This document shows, piece by piece, positions 1 through 8,687 of a stretch of 8,687 nt of DNA; the first letter of the stretch is position 1; each line of letters starts with the position of its first letter. The position numbers and the translations under genes were made by a program. The notes beneath the pieces are model-generated. The model was not told where the DNA came from. It did not search any database and saw nothing but the letters and a program-made list of their open reading frames with translations. This stretch comes from Perkinsus olseni (taxonomy: Eukaryota). The DNA is taken from NCBI GenBank assembly GCA_013115125.1, contig JABANN010000953.1, positions 1 through 8,687 on the forward strand, written 5' to 3'.

Positions 1-790
1 AATAGATTATTAATATTATATATATATATTATGATATAGTTAGTATTATTTTATTAGATATCTCCATACCATACTGGTATTACTTTACCTATTAATAGTT
101 ATAATTAATAAATTGTTAGTATAGTATATATTTACCTTATAGGCTTAGATATTATTATATGGAGATAAAAGGGGATAATTATATCATTAATGGCATTTAT
201 TATATTATAACATATCCTATGGAGAGGGTCCTAAGGTGATATTATATCTATTTATATCCTATATCTTAATATATTATTTATCCCTATAGAATTACTTATT
301 AATATATAATAGTTTATTGATTACTAATAATATAATATAACTTAGGATTATTAATAGGCCTTATAAATCTATGTCTAATGGTTATATTGTATTAATTATA
401 ATAATATCCTTTATATCTTAATACAACACCATTAATATACTATATTATATATTAGAATAAGTTAATAGTGTATTTATTATCATATATATTATTAAGATAT
501 ACTCTATTATAATAAGTTAATATTAGTATATATTACTAACTAGATTATTATATATCTCCATGGTATATGAATATATTGATTTATATATATTAATTATATA
601 CTTAGTATTTATCACACTAGATTTACTATAAATATGTATATAATATAATTATAAATAGATAAACTTATAATAGTAAATAGTAATATTTATATAATAACAT
701 ATCAATATTAATAGTAATAAATAGATATACATAGTTATAATAATATAGATATTAATAGGAAGGAATATATAATAATTTAATATTATATTG

Positions 791-836
791 GTATTGGGGT
801 ATATTTTATAAATATATATTTAGTAAACTCCAATAC
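791..836. repeat. Inverted-repeat hairpin H1 (10 bp stem with one G-T pair, 26 nt spacer)
   Basis: GTATTGGGGT (791-800) / ACTCCAATAC (827-836). Confidence 0.75.
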
Positions 837-1214
837 AGGTATTTATTATGTTGACATAGTGTAATTTATTATCTTAGGTTAATTAAGATTATTAGTATAT
901 ATTATATTATCTAGTGAATATCAAATATTATATTAATGTAAACTATGGCATTATAAACCTAAGTATATAATATATTCCTATATATGCTAATATTATATTA
1001 ATATATATTAATTCCTAAGGTATGACTATCTCTATAGATTAATATTATATAAATGATAATATACTAGATATTCTAAATCTATATACTTTACTATAATATA
1101 TTATATAATAATATAAATTATGATATCATCATCTAATATTTAACTAGTAATATTATAATAATATCCTATATGATACTAATACCTATACTATATAGATTGA
1201 TAAATACTATTATT

Positions 1215-1259
1215 ATAGGGCCCTAGTAAATAGTAAATATATATAATAAAGGGCCCTAT
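1215..1259. repeat. Inverted-repeat hairpin H2 (10 bp perfect stem, 25 nt spacer)
   Basis: ATAGGGCCCT (1215-1224) / AGGGCCCTAT (1250-1259). The AGGGCCCT core is itself palindromic. The right arm overlaps TATCTCCAT (1257-1265). Confidence 0.9.
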
Positions 1260-1297
1260 CTCCATGATCATAGATCTATATTAATATATATATTTAT

Positions 1298-1340
1298 AGC
1301 ACCAGTAGTATATACTAATATTTTATAATTAACTGGTGCT
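1298..1340. repeat. Inverted-repeat hairpin H3 (9 bp perfect stem, 25 nt spacer)
   Basis: AGCACCAGT (1298-1306) / ACTGGTGCT (1332-1340), followed by GTTCTCCAT. Confidence 0.9.
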
Positions 1341-1547
1341 GTTCTCCATATAAAGGGATATTATACTGATTATAAATATACTATAAATACCCTCATGATG
1401 ATAATAATATACCTAGGATACTAATATATTGATAAATTTAGATATAGTGAATATAATATTGCATTGATATTAATAAGATAACATATAATAGTATACTAAA
1501 TACCATAGATTCACATGTTGTTAATATCGCATAGAGATAAAACATTA

Positions 1548-1610
1548 GTAATTGCATACTAATAAATAAATAATTAAATATATCAATAATAATATAATGT
1601 ATGCAATTAC
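1548..1610. repeat. Inverted-repeat hairpin H4 (12 bp perfect stem, 39 nt spacer)
   Basis: GTAATTGCATAC (1548-1559) / GTATGCAATTAC (1599-1610). Confidence 0.92.
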
Positions 1611-2161
1611 ATATATAAATCTATAGAGGTTAAAGGCTTATATAAATCTATATGGTATTACTATATAAATATAAGTACTATTAATATCTAGTTACCATTA
1701 AATTGATATATATATTATTAAATATAATTATTAGATATTATTAATATTACTATAAAACACCTACTATGTATTATATTATAAATATATATAAGATTATAGT
1801 AATTATAGATAGATTAATAATATACTAACTATATCTCCAGAGACTATTAATATCATTATATATAGATTTATACCATATAGTTATTATTATATTATATTAT
1901 CTTTAGTATATTAATCTATATAGTTATTATATATTATTATAATAGGATATATAGTATTTTATCTCTCTCTTTATTATAGTTATTAGTACATAGATAGGCT
2001 ATTTATAGTGATATTAATATAATTATTAGTATTATTTTATTCTATATTTCTATAGTTAATATATTATATAATAGTATATAAAGATATATTTTATAGATAT
2101 TTAATATGTTAATAATACTATGGCATATTAGTATATATATCTACATAATATTTATATTAAT

Positions 2162-2215
2162 ACCAGGGCATATTACTATATACTAATATATTATTTATGA
2201 TATTGATGCCCTGGT
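2162..2215. repeat. Inverted-repeat hairpin H5 (10 bp perfect stem, 34 nt spacer)
   Basis: ACCAGGGCAT (2162-2171) / ATGCCCTGGT (2206-2215). Confidence 0.92.
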
Positions 2216-2229
2216 TTACCTTTATATAA

Positions 2230-2291
2230 ATCACTGGCTAATACTAAATATATATATAATAGATTAATTAATAATATAACTAGCCAGTGAT
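2230..2291. repeat. Inverted-repeat hairpin H6 (11 bp perfect stem, 40 nt spacer)
   Basis: ATCACTGGCTA (2230-2240) / TAGCCAGTGAT (2281-2291). Confidence 0.92.
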
Positions 2292-3303
2292 AAAAGAGGG
2301 TATTATAACATATTATATTATATATTATTGATACGATATATATACTGGTATTTATAAATAGTAAATAAATATATACCAAACACTTATATAAATAATCATT
2401 ATATATATAGTATATTAATTTATAGTATTATTAGTACCCCATGGAGATAATATTAAATAAATCTAATTAAAGGTATTATATTTTATACTAAATAGATTAT
2501 AATATTAACTAGATATACCCTCTATCCTTATAAATTATTATAATTAAATATATTATTGGTATTAAGATAAAGAGTATCTATCATTATATATATATATATT
2601 TAGTAGTGAGATAAAAATAATAATTATGTGATGATATTAATAATGTTAATCTATAGTAAATTAATAATATATATTTAATAATTTATAATATAATAATATA
2701 TAAATCTATAATGTACTATAGGATATAATATAAATTTATTATAAATTTATCAGTAAATACCTTTATTTAGTATTAATACCCCATATATCACTAATATATA
2801 ATATAATATCTTATCTCTAATTAATAATATCATGTTAACCCCATGGCCATCTATTAATAATATGGAGATAAATAGTAATATTTTAATCTAGTGTGTTAAA
2901 AGGTAATTATCTATCTAGATGGTATAAATATATATATAAGATATTAATATTAATATAGATTACTAATTATTAAATATAGATATAATATACACTATAGATA
3001 GATTAATATATATTATATAATAATGAAATATTATACTACCTTATACCATGGAGATCTGTATCATCTAGTATTATAAATATATTATAATTAAATATTATTA
3101 CATTTACTATATATATATCTAGTATATATTAATCTAGTTAGTATTTATTAGTAATATAGAGTATAATAATAGTAATTATATAATAATATAAAGTATAAAT
3201 ATATTACCTTATATCCCATATACTAATTAGTAATATATAGACATTAATATATACCCATATTATAACCTAATCTATATTATTATATATTATTTATCCCATG
3301 GCG

Positions 3304-3354
3304 GCCATATAAAGGATAATTATATATATACTAACTATAAATAATAACTATGGC
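3304..3354. repeat. Possible degenerate hairpin (6 bp perfect plus a flanking G-T pair, 39 nt spacer)
   Basis: GCCATA (3304-3309) / TATGGC (3349-3354). The spacer length matches the family, but the stem is short. Confidence 0.4.
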
Positions 3355-4167
3355 TATGATTATAATATACCTATAGTTATACTTAATAATATATATATCA
3401 CTAGTGCCATGGTAAACTTATAATTATATTAATAAGATATAGTATATTAATCTATTGTATTATATTAAGTATAAATTAATAGTATCATAATGGATAGAGG
3501 GCCTATATATAATATCTAGATAGTGATATAAATACCTAATAATAGTTTATAATATAGTATTTAATATCTATTAGTTGCCCATATTATATATTCCAATACC
3601 ACACATTAGATAAAGATATTATAATATTGTATACTTGATATTGTTTATATTAGATTATGGGATATTATAATTATTAATAGTTATTAGATATATATATATA
3701 CCTATAGGCCTAAGATAATATATTATGAAATATCAATATAAATACACTATTAAATGTTATTATAATGTATCTCTCCATTCTATATTTATACTAACAATAA
3801 TATAATTACAATATATCTCCATAGATAATAAACCACATATACATCATATTATTAATAATAACAAATAAAGATATATTATATACACTCACTATTATTGATA
3901 TCTATTCATAAAGGGATAATATATATATATTCCTAAGGTATAATATAAGAATATAAGATATAATAATAGTATTAGTTAGATAAATAAAGGATAATAAATA
4001 TATACATATCATTATAATATAGATACCAGTATTTAATATAATTATATATATATAGTATTATAATGATTAGTACCATATCCTATAAATATGAATATATTAG
4101 ATATTATACTAAATTATGATCATATAGTTATTAATATTATATTAAATATATCATAATATATACTATA

Positions 4168-4225
4168 GCATGCACTAATATAAATAAGTTAATATACTAA
4201 ATAATATATAATTGATAGTGCATGC
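4168..4225. repeat. Inverted-repeat hairpin H7 (10 bp perfect stem, 38 nt spacer)
   Basis: GCATGCACTA (4168-4177) / TAGTGCATGC (4216-4225). Confidence 0.92.
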
Positions 4226-4532
4226 ATTAATATCTAATAGTATAACATGGAGTTAATAATATAATATTCATATATACCGTATCTATATATATTAGTTTAT
4301 AGTGTATAATTACATATATTATATAATAATATTAGATATATATAGTAATACATGATAGTAATTATAATGTTATTGTTAATCTATTAATATCAATGTAATA
4401 ATATTTATATTATGGAATGGCAATAGATTTATATATAACCAAGGCATTAATAATAATATATACCATAATGATGAATATAAACTATATAGAATAACCACTA
4501 TTAATTAATATAATATCATCTATAATATATAG

Positions 4533-4587
4533 GGCATTGTATTTATACTAATATTATATTTATTTATGGATATCTGTTAACAATGCC
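4533..4587. repeat. Inverted-repeat hairpin H8 (8 bp perfect stem, 39 nt spacer)
   Basis: GGCATTGT (4533-4540) / ACAATGCC (4580-4587). Confidence 0.8.
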
Positions 4588-4653
4588 GATTACTAATAAT
4601 GTATATATTATAATATAAAGTAAAGGTATATTTATAAATACTATATTATACTC

Positions 4654-4715
4654 TATGCCTGTACATTATTAATTAATTATTATTATATCAATATATATAT
4701 ATTAGTACAGGCATA
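4654..4715. repeat. Inverted-repeat hairpin H9 (11 bp perfect stem, 40 nt spacer)
   Basis: TATGCCTGTAC (4654-4664) / GTACAGGCATA (4705-4715). Confidence 0.92.
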
Positions 4716-5551
4716 CTATTATATGATATTAGATATTAATAAGATTATAAATATATAGTATTAATTCTATGGGTATAACTAATATTAAATCCAGAATAAT
4801 ATATTAATAATTTATAATCAATATTGTAGTATAATAACTAGTAATATTATATATATGCCTAGGAATAATATTATTAATATATATGGCTAAAGGTAAATAT
4901 ATTATAATAGATGTTTTGGACAATAAAATATAATTATAAAATAAATAATATTATATAGTGGGTATATGGATTATTAATAAAATAAGAATATATAATTTAA
5001 TAATATAGGATAATAAATATAGTAAGATTACTATAAATAATAGATATAATGTGATTAATACTATAATATCCTATTAATATATAGTTTATAATAATATATA
5101 ATTACCTATAGATATTAGATACTATTATGATAGAAATATACCCCAATAAGCATATAATAATATTTACTATGTATATCTAATACCAATGAATTATTATGAT
5201 ATCTTTATATATTAGATTATACATTATATGATATTATAGTAAGAGGTATTGTTTATTATTAATTTAATACAGTATCTTAGATATTATATTAGGATAATTT
5301 ATACTGGATTAATAGTTAATGATCACTGGTATATTATATAATATTTAATATATACCTAACTACATAGATTTCTAATAATTATATTATATTACATACACAT
5401 AGATATATAATAATATATTAGCCAGTGGTATTAATAAATAATATAATAATAAATAGTAAATAAAGGATTATAATTTAATACATACTTATAAATATATAGT
5501 AATATTTAATAATTAAAAGGCTGGTATTAATATGATATAAATCTATGTATA

Positions 5552-5591
5552 GGCACCCTTATAATTAATTATATATATACAATAGGGTGCC
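5552..5591. repeat. Inverted-repeat hairpin H10 (8 bp perfect stem, 24 nt spacer)
   Basis: GGCACCCT (5552-5559) / AGGGTGCC (5584-5591). Confidence 0.88.
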
Positions 5592-5641
5592 ATAATTATA
5601 ATATTACTAATAGACCTTTATGGATACCTAATGATATATTA

Positions 5642-5697
5642 TGTGTGCTGTATTAGTTATATTTATATTTTATTACATTATTTATTAACAGCACACA
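5642..5697. repeat. Inverted-repeat hairpin H11 (10 bp perfect stem, 36 nt spacer)
   Basis: TGTGTGCTGT (5642-5651) / ACAGCACACA (5688-5697). Confidence 0.92.
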
Positions 5698-6435
5698 ATA
5701 TTATTAAATATATATATCTAGATGGGTTAAAACCCTATAAATATTAATAGTCATAAAGGTATATAAATATATGTTAATTATAATAAAGAGATATAAATGT
5801 AGATATAATAAATATAGATATATAGTCAATAGTGTATTAAATACCTTATAAATATACGTATATAGGATATAATATTATATTTATATATAACCATACCATA
5901 TTATTAAATAAACTAGTATTATTAGTAGATATCCTATATATTTATACCAGGAACTAATATTATCTAACTATTAATCATTATATTATTATTAAATATATAT
6001 TTATATAGACTATCTATAGTATAAACTAGGATAATATCTCCATAAACATAGTGGGCTATAGTTATAAGTAGGTATATAAATCTATAATCTATCAATATAC
6101 AGTAATCTTAGTATATAGAGGGATATAATATTATATAGTCTATAATCTAAATATTCTATTTTAATTAAATAGTAATAATAGAGATATTATATTAATAAAT
6201 AATATTTGATAAAACATAACATAATAATATTATATTAGATTAATAGACTAATTATTATAATATACTTCATATATAGATATAATAATATAATAATGTAATA
6301 ATAATATAAAGAATACTACATAATAAAATAATATAAATGAATATAACATATTATACTTATAAATATCATACATATAATATATAATATATAATGGATAAAA
6401 GTTAATATTTGGTATATATTCATAAAGATTAATAA

Positions 6436-6498
6436 AGTGCTGGCTATACATAAATAAATATAAATTATATATATAAATATACTATAGCTGCCAGCACT
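6436..6498. repeat. Inverted-repeat hairpin H12 (9 bp perfect stem, 45 nt spacer)
   Basis: AGTGCTGGC (6436-6444) / GCCAGCACT (6490-6498). An alternative inner pairing GCTATA (6443-6448) / TATAGC (6483-6488) is also possible. Confidence 0.9.
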
Positions 6499-6703
6499 AA
6501 TAATATATAGAAGTAGTAATAGGTAAATTTCTATTAACATTGATATATAATATAATATAGTTTCAGTAATAACGGATATACTAATAATAAATATCTAATT
6601 GATATTAAATAAATATAATTATTATTAATTCCATTTAAATATATAATATATGGCCATAATAATGATCCATTAATATTTTATAGGAATATATATTATATAA
6701 TAA

Positions 6704-6763
6704 AAGGGCCTTTCTGTATCCTATATTATTAGATTATAATAATCTCCAGTGAATAAGGCCCTT
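6704..6763. repeat. Inverted-repeat hairpin H13 (9 bp perfect stem, 42 nt spacer)
   Basis: AAGGGCCTT (6704-6712) / AAGGCCCTT (6755-6763). Confidence 0.88.
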
Positions 6764-7195
6764 AAATATAATAAAAAGTAATAATATATAATGAAGTATA
6801 ATAAAATAAATATAAATATCATGTATAATAATTACCTATCGTTATAATATATTAATAACCCAATATTAAATATAAAAGCCTATAATTAGTTTATTAAAAT
6901 ATATATATTGTATTGGCAAGATAACATATAAATAGATATTATTATAAATATGAATAGGTATAAACCATGGTATTATATATTATATGGCCACTAGTATTTA
7001 TCTATAATTATAATTTACTAGTATTATCTATTTTATATGTATTAGTTCCTATATTATAATATATGGGTTATGGTAATATTAATAATAATATATATGATAT
7101 AATATAATAATTCCTATTAATTAATAATAGTATAATCGTTTATATATAATCTAAATAATATAATGTTATTACTAAATAAAGTAAATATGATATTA

Positions 7196-7245
7196 ACCCC
7201 AGCAATTAGTAACATGACTATTTAATATATATATTACGCTGGGGT
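7196..7245. repeat. Inverted-repeat hairpin H14 (8 bp perfect stem, 34 nt spacer)
   Basis: ACCCCAGC (7196-7203) / GCTGGGGT (7238-7245). Confidence 0.88.
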
Positions 7246-7549
7246 ATAGATATCCCTATTTATATTAAACTACATATAATAGTAAATATATATATATATC
7301 TATAATTATATACGCTTTATACCTATTAATTTTATATGATTTCCTAGTAATAGTTGATAAAATAATAATATGAAAATATAAATAATACATTAACCTCTAC
7401 CATATATCCATATAAATAATATTAAGATTAAAAGGATACTATAAATATTAAACCATAGAGATATATAAATATATAATTAGATATACCATGGCACCATATA
7501 TACCCAGCATTAACTATGGAGACTATATAATGATAGATATGGAGATAAA

Positions 7550-7607
7550 AGCCATTTCCTTACTATTTATTATACTATATATATTTATTATTATATTGGA
7601 AATGGCT
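7550..7607. repeat. Inverted-repeat hairpin H15 (10 bp perfect stem, 38 nt spacer)
   Basis: AGCCATTTCC (7550-7559) / GGAAATGGCT (7598-7607), immediately preceded by ATGGAGATAAA (7539-7549). Confidence 0.92.
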
Positions 7608-8118
7608 ATATTATCCTATATATTCTATTTCATTATTATTGTATATATATACTGGTTTATTATAATATTACTGATACTCTATATTAATAATATAAATAAT
7701 ATATATTAGATATTGTTATTACCAAACCTACTTGTAGATATAATATTCAGAATTATAATAATCTAATACAATTTAATATGGTTTTATAATATATAATCTA
7801 TACTTTCATAGTATAATGATATTTATTATTACATCTAGCTATATAATTATAGTAATATATATATCTTTGTTAATCTATTACATTATTGTATTAATATTAT
7901 ATATATATTATCACTATTTATATTAATATAAATAATAGGTGGTCATATATAATAAGATACAGTATTTATTATCTATTTATATTATTATCTTATAATATAT
8001 ATATATCCTATTAGTAGTACCAGATATTATTTAATTATTAATTTAATTATAATATTCATACTATCTATTTACCTTATTATAATAATATAATACATAGAAT
8101 ATATACAATAATAATATC

Positions 8119-8176
8119 TAGTGGGCATAATAATATAAAATAAACTAATAAATTATAAATAACTAAATGCCCACTA
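8119..8176. repeat. Inverted-repeat hairpin H16 (10 bp perfect stem, 38 nt spacer)
   Basis: TAGTGGGCAT (8119-8128) / ATGCCCACTA (8167-8176). Confidence 0.92.
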
Positions 8177-8687
8177 TAAGTATATAATAATATCTACTAT
8201 ATTTATATGTTAATTAAATGATAATTATATATCAATATTATGAATATGAATACAATATATTATTAAATACCTTATTAATGATCTTATAAATATATTTACC
8301 TTATATTATTAACTATATATATATATAACTAAATACTAATATATTGATATAATACCCTTATTTTTATCTAACTATAGATATATTTATATATAAAGTATTA
8401 ATATGGTCTTCTATGATAGTATATAATATAATATATATCAATAATTAATAATAATATAGAGATATAATAATAGGAATGTAAATAATATAATATATAGACT
8501 AGATATAATATCATAATAATAAATAAATATATAGTAACCCTTTAATACTTACCTATAATATATACCAGCCCTTAATAATATGTATAATCCTATATTTAAT
8601 ATATATTATCAATATATGGTATGGAGATATCTAATAAAATAATACTAACTATATCATAATATATATATATAATATTAATAATCTATT

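Larger units (their letters stand above)
558..7491. repeat. Dispersed palindrome CCATGG (8 copies)
   Basis: Starts at 558, 2439, 2841, 3046, 3296, 3407, 6965 and 7486. Confidence 0.75.
59..8629. repeat. Dispersed 9-mer motif ATGGAGATA / TATCTCCAT
   Basis: Exact + strand copies start at 159, 2441, 2862, 7539 and 8621. Exact - strand copies (TATCTCCAT) start at 59, 553, 1257, 3814 and 6035. ATGGAG/CTCCAT core-only copies lie near 219, 1344, 3048, 3773, 4247 and 7516. Confidence 0.85.
1..8687. other. Extremely AT-rich, apparently non-coding region (TpA-rich, CpG-depleted)
   Basis: About 15% GC estimated from sampled lines. TAA/TAG are dense throughout, the ORF track has nothing over 74 aa, and only about 11 CpG were found by eye. 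No RNA-gene or protein motifs recognised. Confidence 0.85.

Noticed and set aside
426-989. Weak inverted repeats (426-435/462-471 and 946-951/984-989)
   Set aside because: They are short, mismatched or mostly A/T, so plausible by chance at this composition. They could be decayed family members.
2191-2379. 62 aa minus-strand ORF
   Set aside because: I/Y/L/N-dominated translation expected from AT-rich DNA. It has a non-ATG start and no recognisable domain, and its only unusual residues come from the arms of H5/H6.
1012-3941. 12 bp direct repeat TTCCTAAGGTAT (1012-1023, 3930-3941) and short (TA)n runs throughout
   Set aside because: The repeat is an isolated short match without extended flanks, and the TA runs are short and expected from the composition.
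5721-5737. GATGGGTTAAAACCCT, faintly resembling an LSU rRNA fragment
   Set aside because: The match is only a few bases and the flanks do not continue any rRNA consensus.
6248-6540. Two overlapping minus-strand ORFs (67 and 74 aa)
   Set aside because: Low-complexity Y/I-rich products overlapping in different frames, explained by a locally A-rich plus strand. No homology recognisable.
1547-7608. Bases flanking the stems are usually identical on both sides (A/A, T/T)
   Set aside because: In a nearly two-letter A/T sequence the first non-complementary pair is expected to be identical, so this is a selection artefact.
7488-7709. 73 aa hydrophobic ORF starting in an ACCATGG (Kozak-like) context
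   Set aside because: The start lies in one of eight CCATGG motifs, and the hydrophobicity follows from T-rich sequence including the H15 loop. No atp8/atp9/nad motif was recognised. It cannot be fully excluded without a profile search.
791-8176. Hairpins as rho-independent terminators, CRISPR repeats, MITEs or attC sites
   Set aside because: Loops are too long and lack consistent U-tracts or upstream genes. There is no repeated direct-repeat unit, no shared terminal inverted repeats or consistent target-site duplications, and no attC core motifs.
1-8687. Cryptic coding via an alternative genetic code, frameshifting or RNA editing (cox1/cob/cox3-type genes)
   Set aside because: No diagnostic motifs (e.g. 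HPEVY, PEWY) or codon periodicity were seen by eye. A frameshift-aware search under codes 4 and 6 would be needed to exclude this fully.

Overview
Extremely AT-rich DNA (roughly 15% GC by eye), TpA-saturated and CpG-poor. I find no credible protein gene, tRNA, rRNA, CRISPR array or recognisable transposon, and the four supplied ORFs look like compositional artefacts. The window is nevertheless highly organised. (1) At least 16 dispersed short inverted-repeat elements are present, each a GC-enriched 8-12 bp stem around an almost pure A/T spacer of 24-26 or 34-45 nt. Every element has a different arm sequence, so geometry is conserved and sequence is not. (2) The 9-mer ATGGAGATA/TATCTCCAT occurs exactly 10 times on both strands, and this motif or its core abuts three hairpins. 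(3) CCATGG occurs 8 times, concentrated in the hairpin-free gap. The source cannot be determined from sequence alone. AT-rich non-coding organellar DNA (e.g. myzozoan/dinoflagellate-type mtDNA, known for non-coding inverted repeats) or heavily C-to-T-mutated eukaryotic heterochromatin are the main candidates. All counts were made by hand and should be recomputed.
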